This document shows, piece after piece, positions 11,060-20,180 of a stretch of DNA of 64,000 nt. Position 1 is the first letter of the stretch; each line of letters starts with the position of its first letter. The position numbers were made by a program, and so were the translations under genes. Under the pieces are notes generated by a model, which was not told where the DNA came from, did no database searches, and saw nothing but the letters and a program-made list of their open reading frames with translations. This DNA comes from an uncultured Gammaproteobacteria bacterium (lineage in GTDB: Bacteria; Patescibacteriota; Microgenomatia; Levybacterales; GWA1-39-11), in assembly GCA_964448725.1 (NCBI GenBank), contig CAYVAJ010000005.1, positions 2,137-66,136 of the forward strand, in the 5' to 3' direction.

Positions 11060-11069
11060 AATTTCCTTT

Positions 11070-11137
11070 CAGTTAAATTAAAATGCAAAAATCAAAATTT
11101 CAATTTTGCTTTTACTTCTCACTTTTGCCTTTTAACT
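11070..11137. repeat. Inverted degenerate heptamer array between ssb and rpsR
   Basis: TAAAATG-CAAAAAT-CAAAATT opposite TTTTGCT-TTTACTT...TTTTGCC-TTTTAAC. Confidence 0.7.
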
Positions 11138-11140
11138 ATC

Positions 11141-11620
11141 TTAGAACGGTATATCGTCAGGATTAATATCTTCTTCTACCTGTACTGGTTCTTTTTTACT
11201 TGCTGTTTTCTTTGGAGCAGCTTCTTCTGGTTTTTCAGCTTGTTCATCTACTGCTCCTGAATCTTGATACCCTTCATCTGCTGTTCTTTTTGAATCAAGA
11301 ATAAGCATATCGCTAATTACAATTTCTGTAATTGTTCGCTGTGCACCATCTTGCCCTGTCCAGCTTCTTGTTTGCAGTCTGCCCTCAACATATACTTTTC
11401 GCCCTTTTGTTAAGAGCTGTGAACACAGTTCTGCTAATTTATTCCATGCAATAATGCGATGAAACTCTGTATCTTCTTTTTTTTCACCATTCTCGGTCTG
11501 CCACGTGCGGTTTGTCGCAATTCCCAATGTACACACAGCAGTGCCCTGAGGCGTATACCGCAATTCAGGATCGCGTGTCAAATTTCCGATCAACTCTACT
11601 CTATTTAAACTACGTGCCAT
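11141..11620 (-). CDS. ssb: Single-stranded DNA-binding protein
   Basis: LIGNLTRDPELRYT; C-terminal DDIPF. Confidence 0.98.
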   Translation of the reverse strand: MARSLNRVELIGNLTRDPELRYTPQGTAVCTLGIATNRTWQTENGEKKEDTEFHRIIAWNKLAELCSQLLTKGRKVYVEGRLQTRSWTGQDGAQRTITEIVISDMLILDSKRTADEGYQDSGAVDEQAEKPEEAAPKKTASKKEPVQVEEDINPDDIPF

Positions 11621-11692
11621 ACTTTAGTTTTAAAGTTTATAATGTCCTTTTCTTTATGAACTTTTATAAACTTTCTACTTTAAAAACTTATG

Positions 11693-11965
11693 TTAGTTTC
11701 TCACTAGCAAATATCTTAAAACATCTTCTTGCATACGCATTTTAGCATCAACATCTGTTGGGATAGTCTCTGCCGAAAAATTCATTACCACATATTCACC
11801 AGTTCTCGCATTTTTAATAGGATACGCAAGTTTACGATCTCCCAGTGTATCTGTCTTTGGAGAATCAATCTTTCCAATCCAGTTTTGTACATCTGATAAG
11901 ATTTGGTCACGTCTATCTTTTTTTAAATCACTTTTTAAAATAACAACTAATTTATAATCTCGCAT
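11693..11965 (-). CDS. rpsF: 30S ribosomal protein S6
   Basis: GDRKLAYPIK and VLRYLLV; rpsF-ssb-rpsR gene order. Confidence 0.95.
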   Translation of the reverse strand: MRDYKLVVILKSDLKKDRRDQILSDVQNWIGKIDSPKTDTLGDRKLAYPIKNARTGEYVVMNFSAETIPTDVDAKMRMQEDVLRYLLVRN

Positions 11966-12113
11966 AGTTTGTGCAAACAAATAGATTTCCGCTCAGGGAA
12001 ATTATTCCTCTAATGATACTAAACAGATCATAAATTTACAAGTGCCAAACGAGAAATAAGCAAGAAGAGGTGATTGGTTATTATCCATTGACAGTCTGCG
12101 TTATAATAGATAT

Positions 12114-13250
12114 ATGAAACGGCTCCTTATCCTTCTCGTTGTGTTAGTCGGAATAGCAGTTGTCTGGGAAGTTGCTTCCCGATACTTTCCTCAAATTCGT
12201 GAATTAACTGAAAGAACAGAACTTGTTCCTCCAACAGAAAATACCAGAATACTCAGAGAAGAGAATTTAGTAATAGATGTTGTAAAAGAAGTGGGCCCAT
12301 CTGTCATAACTATTGGAGTACATGCACCCCAAAATTCTCGATCTAGAGATCCATTTTCATTTTTCTTTGGTCAACCACCAGAACCAGAGAGTGATACAGG
12401 CGATGATATTCAATATATTGGTTCAGGTTTTGTGGTTGATCGTAATGGAATGATTGTCACGAACAAGCATGTTGTTTCTGATATACAAAGTAGTTATGTA
12501 GTTGTCAATGACCAGGGGGAATCTTTTGAAGTTGAGCGCATCTATCGCGATCCCCTTAATGATATTGCAATTTTACGTATTCAAAACGGAAATCTTCCAC
12601 CAGTCGAGCTAGGTGACTCGTCACAATTACAAGTAGGACAATTTGTGATTGCGATAGGAACTGCTTTAGGAGAATTCCGTAATACTGTTACAACTGGAGT
12701 TATTTCAGGTCTTGGCCGTGGAATTACTGCAGGAAGTCCATTTGAGGGATTTGTGGAGCGGCTTGATAACGTAATCCAAACAGACGCAGCAGTAAATCCT
12801 GGCAATTCAGGAGGACCTCTTCTCAATTCTGCAGGACAAGTTATTGGTGTAAATACTGCTGTTGCTGCAGGCGGACAAAATATTGCATTTACAATCCCTA
12901 TTAATGTTGTTAAGGATTCATTGCAAAATTTCAATGAGACAGGACAATTTAATCGACCATTTATTGGGGTCGCCTATACTATGGTTAGCCGTCAATCTGC
13001 ACTTGCCAATGATGTACCGCAAGGCGCATTTGTACAAGAAGTTGTTGCAAACTCTCCTGCTCAAGCTGCAGGAATTCAGGAAGGAGATATTATCACAAAA
13101 ATTGATGGTAAAGCAGTAACCGATGAAAATGGCGGACTGGCTGGTGCAATAGCAAATAACCAGGTCAACGATACTATCACAATTGAATATTTCCGTAATG
13201 GACAAACAGAACAAATACAATTAACTCTAGGAAACGCAACTGAGCAATAA
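12114..13250 (+). CDS. HtrA/DegP-family serine protease with PDZ domain
   Basis: TNKHVV, QTDAAVNPGNSGGPL and one PDZ domain. Confidence 0.95.
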   Translation: MKRLLILLVVLVGIAVVWEVASRYFPQIRELTERTELVPPTENTRILREENLVIDVVKEVGPSVITIGVHAPQNSRSRDPFSFFFGQPPEPESDTGDDIQYIGSGFVVDRNGMIVTNKHVVSDIQSSYVVVNDQGESFEVERIYRDPLNDIAILRIQNGNLPPVELGDSSQLQVGQFVIAIGTALGEFRNTVTTGVISGLGRGITAGSPFEGFVERLDNVIQTDAAVNPGNSGGPLLNSAGQVIGVNTAVAAGGQNIAFTIPINVVKDSLQNFNETGQFNRPFIGVAYTMVSRQSALANDVPQGAFVQEVVANSPAQAAGIQEGDIITKIDGKAVTDENGGLAGAIANNQVNDTITIEYFRNGQTEQIQLTLGNATEQ

Positions 13251-13289
13251 ATGGCATACATTAATTGTGGCAGTTAGCTCTTATACACT

Positions 13290-14342
13290 CTATCCTGCAA
13301 GCATTGCACCACCGATAATTGAATCATCATCAACTTTTATAAATCCTACAGAGTATTTTGTCAGCATTGAAATATATGTCTCAACAAGAGTTTTGTAATT
13401 ATCAGCTTTCCAAAAGAGACTTCCTTCCATAGCTCCAATCATATCTTGCTTTTTATACTCTAAAATTCCGGCAATCTGACAGGCAACAAGACTTGCTGAG
13501 CGATCAAAAAGTTTCCGTGCTTCCTGCCCTTGTGTACTATCTTCTTGAGATAACTGAGCAAGTGTCCCTGTGTCCGGAATCAGTTTGTCTGTATGATGGA
13601 GATTGTAGTGTTGGTATAAATACGCACCAGAAACCTCTTTTTCAAATAGAGCTTTTCCTCTATGCACAGACATACCGTCTATTGTTTTTGCTTCAAGAGA
13701 TACGGGGAACTTATCAAAATTTGCTGATTCTAAATTGATTGCTTCATATTGATTATTAAAATACGCAAAATTCACACCTGTACCGATAATTCCTCCAAAT
13801 ATTTTTTCTTTTGGAAACTGGGAAAGACCTGAGAGTAATAAACAAATTGCATCATTTGCAGTTGTTACTGTTATATTTTTTCCAGTTAATTCATACGCAT
13901 TCTTTGTAATCTCTTCACCTATCTCTTGTCCTACAAGGCCGAGAAATTCATTTTCTTTTGTTCCTGAAAGAAGGATCCCATCAAGATGTGTACTCTTAAA
14001 TACTGGCTGTAATGGATACGCAAGATTGAGTGTGAGAAGGTTAATCTTCTGATCTAAATGCTCATTAATATATAATAGAAAATCATCTTTTGTTATAAAT
14101 TTAGGAGGGTGTGATTTTTTCTTTGAGAGAACTATGATTGATCCATTTACTTTTTTACACAGCGCAGATCGGAACACTGTCCCTCCAATAACCATTACCT
14201 GAAAAAGTTCACCATCACCAATAAGTGGTTTATCTGGCAAGGTATGACGAATATATGGTAGACTACTCTGCTCATTGTTTTCAGCTCGGGTAAGTTCTGA
14301 AACAAAGTTATCTTTTATTGTAGTGAGTAACTTTAAATCCAT
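13290..14342 (-). CDS. Hexokinase family protein (eukaryote-type)
   Basis: IGGT.FR, AND, IGTGVN, INLE, FEKEVSGAYL and EGS motifs occur in hexokinase order; start taken at MDLKLL. Confidence 0.82.
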   Translation of the reverse strand: MDLKLLTTIKDNFVSELTRAENNEQSSLPYIRHTLPDKPLIGDGELFQVMVIGGTVFRSALCKKVNGSIIVLSKKKSHPPKFITKDDFLLYINEHLDQKINLLTLNLAYPLQPVFKSTHLDGILLSGTKENEFLGLVGQEIGEEITKNAYELTGKNITVTTANDAICLLLSGLSQFPKEKIFGGIIGTGVNFAYFNNQYEAINLESANFDKFPVSLEAKTIDGMSVHRGKALFEKEVSGAYLYQHYNLHHTDKLIPDTGTLAQLSQEDSTQGQEARKLFDRSASLVACQIAGILEYKKQDMIGAMEGSLFWKADNYKTLVETYISMLTKYSVGFIKVDDDSIIGGAMLAG

Positions 14343-14534
14343 GGTAACAGTAATAATGTGAAAATTAGTTATACTCGTGCCATACTTTATTGCTGACAAG
14401 AGATACCTACTATTCATAGTACAGAGAAAAATCATATACTGCAATTCATGCGTGCGTTTCGGAATATTCCAGACATTAATTTAATACAATAACCAATTGA
14501 AAAAAGTATTGATTTAGCAGTATAATCAATGTGC

Positions 14535-15827
14535 ATGATTCCTCCGAATTTAGCGGAAATAGCATACCCAATATCATTCCGCAAAACAGATGCCACTACT
14601 CTTGGGGAGCATTTACGACTCCGTCAGAGCGTTGAGCTCATCGGAATGAAACGAGTTGGTATTAGTAATTTTTTGCGATTTTTTTTATATCACCAAGATA
14701 TTGTTAGTACATACATCAGTAAAGATGAACACCATATATTTATTCCAGTCGATCTTAATGATCTTGTCGAACGAGAATTAAAACCATTTTGGATTTTAAC
14801 GCTCAAAAGAATTGCTGATGCAACTGAGGAATCAACAGTATCCACTGAGACAAAACACAAAATTTCAGCACTTTTTCTGCAAAGTATTCAATTACAAAAT
14901 AATTTTTTAACAATTGAAAACATAAAAAAAGCAGTATTGTTACTTATATCAGAGAATATGGTTCCTACTCTGTTTTTTCTCCGTTTCGACCGTATGAGAG
15001 AAACAGTTACCCATGAATCATTTACCAATATTCAAGGCCTGATTGAATCAACTAATAGACAACTTGCATGTGTATTCACCAGTGAGAGACCGCTTGATCA
15101 AATACGGCCAGATGTATTTACCCGTGAAGAACTTACCACATTCTCACATCTCATGTATCTAAAACCTGCCCGTGTTGCAGATAGCTATATCATGCACTCA
15201 ACAATACTTGATCGATACAACATTACCCAACCTGAAAAAATCAAACAAGCAGTTATATCGTGCACGGGTGGTCATATGCAATATATATATCTTGCCAATA
15301 TTATTCTATACGAAAAATTTAATGGAAAACCCGATCCCAAATTCATAAAAAATGAGTTACTAGATCTACTTTTAAAGGATGAACGGATAAAATTACAGTC
15401 GGAGGAAATATATGAGAGTTTTACCAAAAATGAGCAAAATACTATTCGTAAAATTGCACAGCAAAAAATTACTATTATTCCTGATGACTCAAATTATCTA
15501 CGCGATACAGGCGTAGTTGAGAAAACAAAAATTTTCAGCCCGCTCTTTGAGGCATATTTATTACAAAATAAGCACACATCTCCAGAGACAGTCGAGTTTA
15601 GTAAAAAAGAACACAAGCTTTATACCCTTTTACTTGAAAATATAAACAACATTTGTGAAAGAGATACAATAATCTCAGCTGTTTGGCCAGAATCAGAAGA
15701 AATTGGTGTATCAGACTGGACAATTGATCGCCTTATCGCTCGACTTAGACATAAACTCTCTGTACAAAAAAGCAATTATTCTATAATTACCGTTAAAACA
15801 AGAGGATACAAGCTCGTGCAGAGCTAA
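14535..15827 (+). CDS. Degenerate P-loop ATPase fused to an OmpR-type winged-helix domain
   Basis: Walker-A-like GMKRVGIS; C-terminal VW...IDRLIARLRHKL...ITVKTRGYKL. Confidence 0.75.
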   Translation: MIPPNLAEIAYPISFRKTDATTLGEHLRLRQSVELIGMKRVGISNFLRFFLYHQDIVSTYISKDEHHIFIPVDLNDLVERELKPFWILTLKRIADATEESTVSTETKHKISALFLQSIQLQNNFLTIENIKKAVLLLISENMVPTLFFLRFDRMRETVTHESFTNIQGLIESTNRQLACVFTSERPLDQIRPDVFTREELTTFSHLMYLKPARVADSYIMHSTILDRYNITQPEKIKQAVISCTGGHMQYIYLANIILYEKFNGKPDPKFIKNELLDLLLKDERIKLQSEEIYESFTKNEQNTIRKIAQQKITIIPDDSNYLRDTGVVEKTKIFSPLFEAYLLQNKHTSPETVEFSKKEHKLYTLLLENINNICERDTIISAVWPESEEIGVSDWTIDRLIARLRHKLSVQKSNYSIITVKTRGYKLVQS

Positions 15828-15942
15828 CTGCTAAGATACTCCCTTTCTTAACATTATTTATTCGAGTAATTACAGCAAAGATAATTCTAACTCTTGGTTC
15901 GTTATTCTTTATACTGCCTATTCAATACTGTATACTAACATT

Positions 15943-16356
15943 ATGAGCGATAACCAAAAAGGGATTGGTGAGAAACTTATAGAAGCAGGTATTTCATCAG
16001 TCAAAGCAGGAAGTGATGAAATAAAAACAACTGTCTCGACTGCTATTGGACAAGTTACTGGACAGCCGATAAAGACAGATCAAGAACTCCAACAAATTGC
16101 AGCACATGATAAAGAGTCTTCAGGAAAGCGAATAGATGAAATTCAGCAAGAACTTGCAAAACAAAAGATGAGACGTTTTCAAGAAGTCTCTAATTGGCAA
16201 ACCCCTTCTGTTCCTGCGCCTGAGCCAAATGGTCCTGAAATTCCTCAATCCCGACAAGCTCAACTACATCAATCATCTCCATCTGCTCCACAACCTGCTG
16301 AATCAGTACGACAGGCAGTCGGAAAATCCGAGCTCGGCCGCAATTTTAAAGGTTAA
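15943..16356 (+). CDS. Hypothetical protein
   Basis: 137-aa ORF with TATACT 6 nt upstream of the ATG. Confidence 0.65.
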   Translation: MSDNQKGIGEKLIEAGISSVKAGSDEIKTTVSTAIGQVTGQPIKTDQELQQIAAHDKESSGKRIDEIQQELAKQKMRRFQEVSNWQTPSVPAPEPNGPEIPQSRQAQLHQSSPSAPQPAESVRQAVGKSELGRNFKG

Positions 16357-16378
16357 TATCTGATATAATTGGATGATT

Positions 16379-17578
16379 ATGATCGAACCAAGAACACTCA
16401 AAGGTTTTCGTGACTTTTTGCCTCAAGAAGCACGAAAAAGACAGTATGTTATAAAAACCCTGCGAAAGGTGTTTGAGTCATATGGTTTTGAACCACTTGA
16501 GACTCCTACTCTAGAATATGAAGAAATATTAGCAGGGAAATATGGTGAGGAAGGAGAAAAATTGATGTATCGATTTACCGATCAAGGAGGACGTGCTGTT
16601 GCAATGCGATACGACCAAACAGTGCCACTTGCACGCGTTATTGCACAATACCGTCAAGAACTTCCTACTCCCTTTAAACGGTACCAAATTCAAAACGTAT
16701 GGCGAGCTGAAAATACACAAAGAGGTCGGTACCGCGAATTTTTTCAGGCAGATATTGATACGGTTGGTTCAACATCAGCTCTATCTGACGCAGAAACACT
16801 TGCAGTAATTTATGATTCCTACTCCGCACTTGGATTTACCAACTTTTCTTTACGAATCAATGACCGAAAAGTATTTGGAGATTTATCAACATCTGCCATT
16901 ATTATTATCGATAAATTAAAAAAAATTGGAGAAGAAGCAGTTATTGCAGAACTTGATAAAATAGGAGTATCCAAAGAATCGTTTGAAACCATGAAGAATG
17001 CTTCCCCTACTGAAAATCTTCAAAGTATTATCTCCTCAGCAAAACGCCTCGGAGTCCCAGAAAAAGCTCTGCTGTTTGACCCAACTCTTGCTCGAGGACT
17101 TGACTACTATACCGGAATTATTATTGAAGCTGAAGTTGCAGAATTTAAGGCAGGATCAGTTGGTGGCGGCGGACGATATGATAATTTGATCGGCATGTTT
17201 GGAAAAGATTCAGTCCCAGCAATAGGCTTTGCTTTTGGGTTTGATCGAACGATTGAGGCTATGCAAACGCTCAATCTTTTCCCAGACAATTTATACACTA
17301 CACAAGTCCTGGTAACTATTTTTTCAGAAGAATTTCTAGACCGCTCACTTTCTATTACCTCCCAGCTCCGGTCAAAAAATATCAAAGCAGAAATCTATCT
17401 TGATCCTGTCGCTAAAATGGAAAAACAACTCAAATATGCTGATAAAAAAAATATTCCCTATGTTGTCATTATAGGACCTGAAGAAGCAGCACAAAATAAA
17501 GTAACGGTGAAAAACTTAACTACTGGTGAGCAAAAAATAATCGATCAATCTACTCTTATTGAGGCAATTAAATTCTAA
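16379..17578 (+). CDS. hisS: Histidine--tRNA ligase
   Basis: RYDQTVP, GRYREF.Q, LARGLDYYTG and GGGRYD. Confidence 0.98.
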   Translation: MIEPRTLKGFRDFLPQEARKRQYVIKTLRKVFESYGFEPLETPTLEYEEILAGKYGEEGEKLMYRFTDQGGRAVAMRYDQTVPLARVIAQYRQELPTPFKRYQIQNVWRAENTQRGRYREFFQADIDTVGSTSALSDAETLAVIYDSYSALGFTNFSLRINDRKVFGDLSTSAIIIIDKLKKIGEEAVIAELDKIGVSKESFETMKNASPTENLQSIISSAKRLGVPEKALLFDPTLARGLDYYTGIIIEAEVAEFKAGSVGGGGRYDNLIGMFGKDSVPAIGFAFGFDRTIEAMQTLNLFPDNLYTTQVLVTIFSEEFLDRSLSITSQLRSKNIKAEIYLDPVAKMEKQLKYADKKNIPYVVIIGPEEAAQNKVTVKNLTTGEQKIIDQSTLIEAIKF

Positions 17579-17621
17579 TACATCTCTTAATAATCCCATA
17601 AATGAGACTTAGCTAATATTT

Positions 17622-18572
17622 TTATGTTAAAAGGATTTCTCGATCCTGATCGAATATTTTCCTTAATTTACGTTGAGCTAAATTACAACGTGTCTTTATT
17701 GTACCAAGACTAATATCTAATTCTTGTGCAATCTCTGACTGTGATTTATCTTCTAAGCGTAATAACATTACCTCTCTTTGCGGCTCAGGAAGCTCATCAA
17801 TTGCTTTTCTTACCAGATACTGTGTTTCCTTTCTCATAACCTGCTCTTCCGTGCCTTCTTGCTGCTCTTCTATTGAATGTCTTACCATCACTTCATCGTC
17901 ATTTTCTCTCTCATACTGAAAATCAGAAGTATTAGCTATTTTTACTCTGCGCTGAAATTTTCTCCACTCATCAATTCCTTGCTTCATTAGGCTACCATAA
18001 AAATAGCTAAAAGGATTTTGATCAAAATCAATGTCATTACGTTTTCTCCAAAATTTTAATATCATATCTTGTAACACATCTTCTGGCACAATATGCTGTA
18101 TGTGATCGCCCATTCCTACCTGCTTTGTATAAGCTATTCCTTTAAATATTTTGTAATTTTCTTCTAAAAATTGTACAGTTATTCGATCAATGTCTTCTTG
18201 CTCAGTTTTTGATAACTCGATATCTTCTTCTACTATTTGTTCCTCAGAATGATTGGTATCAGAGCTATTAACTTCTGTCTCATGAATTTTATGAGATCCA
18301 TTTCTGATTTCATCCCAACTATATCCCTGTTCATGAGCTTGTAAGGTTTCTTGCCACGATGCTTTAAACCTATTGTGGAAATTAATAATACGTTGCTGAA
18401 TTTTTTGTTGTAGAATTTCTTCTTCACTATACACAGTGGGATCATCAACAGAAGGTAAAAGAGCAAGAGTATCATCATCATACTCTTCTTCCCATGTTTG
18501 CACATTTTCCACTAACATGGGTAATTTTTGTGTTTCGTATATTTCTAATGATTCTCTTCTTTCTGCTGACAT
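17622..18572 (-). CDS. ECF-type sigma-70 factor with long acidic N-terminal extension
   Basis: Region 2 EDVLQD...IDEWRK; region 4 LPEPQREV...EIAQELDISLGTIKTR. Confidence 0.88.
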   Translation of the reverse strand: MSAERRESLEIYETQKLPMLVENVQTWEEEYDDDTLALLPSVDDPTVYSEEEILQQKIQQRIINFHNRFKASWQETLQAHEQGYSWDEIRNGSHKIHETEVNSSDTNHSEEQIVEEDIELSKTEQEDIDRITVQFLEENYKIFKGIAYTKQVGMGDHIQHIVPEDVLQDMILKFWRKRNDIDFDQNPFSYFYGSLMKQGIDEWRKFQRRVKIANTSDFQYERENDDEVMVRHSIEEQQEGTEEQVMRKETQYLVRKAIDELPEPQREVMLLRLEDKSQSEIAQELDISLGTIKTRCNLAQRKLRKIFDQDREILLT

Positions 18573-18586
18573 ACTAATTTTAATAC

Positions 18587-18616
18587 AAAAAAACCCCCCT
18601 TTTTTTCTGGGAGGTT
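18587..18616 (-). terminator. Intrinsic terminator within the sigma-factor leader
   Basis: AACCUCCC-loop-GGGGGGUU followed by UUUUU, ending 14 nt before the sigma ATG. Confidence 0.8.
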
Positions 18617-18648
18617 GATGAGCATATATACTACTCTTCTAATCTCCC

Positions 18649-18714
18649 TCACCACATAATAATCACAGCGAGGTGAGAGGAATTTTGCTTAGTTGTAAAA
18701 GTTTTTGCGTTCAT
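18649..18714 (-). CDS. Putative attenuator leader peptide MNAKTFTTKQNSSHLAVIIMW
   Basis: 21-codon ORF translated by hand; lies between a sigma-70 promoter and the terminator. Confidence 0.65.
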   Translation of the reverse strand: MNAKTFTTKQNSSHLAVIIMW

Positions 18715-18722
18715 ATGGCTTA

Positions 18723-18750
18723 ATTGTAATCCTTGCTGCGTTATTGTCAA
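18723..18750 (-). promoter_or_regulatory. Sigma-70 promoter for the leader peptide/ECF transcript
   Basis: TTGACA-N16-TACAAT, 8 nt before the leader ATG. Confidence 0.75.
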
Positions 18751-18872
18751 GAGGACTGCGTTAATACGTCACTTTACCGAAATCATACTGTCCCATAAAG
18801 AGGAGTATTCATTATCTAATTGTTTTGTGGTTAAATTAATAAGTACGTCAATACACGATAAACTTTATTTAT

Positions 18873-19772
18873 ATGAGAACTGCCTATCTTTCGCTTTTTA
18901 TTGCAGCAACTATTTGGGGTATTACCATCCCTGCCATGAAATATGCCCTTGAGTATGTACCTGTATTTGTTCTTGCCTTTATTCGATTTGCAGGTGCTTC
19001 TTTGATCTTATATCCATTTGTCAGAAAAAATCTTGCGATTAAGCCTCAACATTTTCTACTAATCATAGCTGCAGGACTTACTGGGATATCGTTCCATATT
19101 GCGTTTTTCTTTTATGGACTTACGTATACTTCAGCATCAAATGCAGGTGTCTTATTTGCATCAGCTCCACTTTTTACCTTATTATTTGCAGCACTCTTTT
19201 TAAGAGAAAAGATCTCCAAACGAATGATCTTTGGCGCACTGGTAGGATTTATTGGAATTATTGTGGTTACAATACCCCATGCACACGGTACTGTTACATT
19301 TGCTCCTATTGGCGACATACTCATTTTAGCAAGTACATTTTCACTTGTTCTCTACCAGATTTTTAGTAAAAAATTGTTTGCTCATTACACAGCATCTGTG
19401 GTGACCTTTTACTCGTTTCTCATTGGATCAATTACATTTGCTCCCATGGCATTGCAATATTTTGTGCAAAAACCAACATTTTTTACAGAATTACCAACAA
19501 ATTCACTTCTTGCAATAGGATTTGGAATTGTTTTCTCATCTTTTATTGCATACTCTCTCTGGCAAAAAGGATTAACGAAAGTAAGTGCTTCACGTGTTGG
19601 ATTTTTTCTCTATCTTGATCCTATTATCGCCACTGTAACAGCAGTAATTTTGCTTAATGAAACTATCACTCCTCTATTTGTGATTGGATCTTTTCTCATT
19701 TTTGGGGGTATCTTGATCGCACATAGTCATATCAAACAAACTCGCAAAAAATCTAAAAAACGAAGACACTAA
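18873..19772 (+). CDS. DMT/EamA family transporter
   Basis: About 10 TM segments in two EamA repeats. Confidence 0.92.
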   Translation: MRTAYLSLFIAATIWGITIPAMKYALEYVPVFVLAFIRFAGASLILYPFVRKNLAIKPQHFLLIIAAGLTGISFHIAFFFYGLTYTSASNAGVLFASAPLFTLLFAALFLREKISKRMIFGALVGFIGIIVVTIPHAHGTVTFAPIGDILILASTFSLVLYQIFSKKLFAHYTASVVTFYSFLIGSITFAPMALQYFVQKPTFFTELPTNSLLAIGFGIVFSSFIAYSLWQKGLTKVSASRVGFFLYLDPIIATVTAVILLNETITPLFVIGSFLIFGGILIAHSHIKQTRKKSKKRRH

Positions 19773-19773
19773 C

Positions 19774-19802
19774 TTGAATTCACACGCATATTCAGGTATA
19801 AT
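19774..19802 (+). promoter_or_regulatory. Sigma-70 promoter of rpmE
   Basis: TTGAAT-N17-TATAAT, 9 nt before the ATG. Confidence 0.7.
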
Positions 19803-19811
19803 GCAGTAGAT

Positions 19812-20102
19812 ATGAAAGCAAATATTCATCCTAGATACAATGAAATGACTTCAGTTACCTGCTCTTGCGGGAATTCATTTACTGTGGGATCAACAGTTGA
19901 CTCAATTCACGTTGAGCTGTGCAGCAACTGTCATCCGTTTTATACTGGTCAGCAAAAGTTTGTGGACACAGCATCTCGTATTGAAAAATTCCAGAAAAAA
20001 ATGGATCGCAAGCAAGAAGATTATCGAAAGAAAACAGTAGAGAAAAAAGAAGAAGCTCGTCCGCTGACTCTCCGAGAAATGCTCCAGGCACTCAAAAAAT
20101 AA
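19812..20102 (+). CDS. rpmE: 50S ribosomal protein L31 (Zn type)
   Basis: MKANIHP, CSCG and [10 protein letters not shown]. Confidence 0.97.
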   Translation: MKANIHPRYNEMTSVTCSCGNSFTVGSTVDSIHVELCSNCHPFYTGQQKFVDTASRIEKFQKKMDRKQEDYRKKTVEKKEEARPLTLREMLQALKK

Positions 20103-20180
20103 CAATATTTGCACATAGCGTGTAGCTTGTGGCAAATAAAACTTTTTCCCACCCGCTATCTGCTATAATTCCAAGATAGT

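Noticed and set aside
11621-11692. Loose 9-10 bp repeats between rpsF and ssb
   Set aside because: Possibly related to the heptamer elements, but too degenerate and AT-rich to call by eye.
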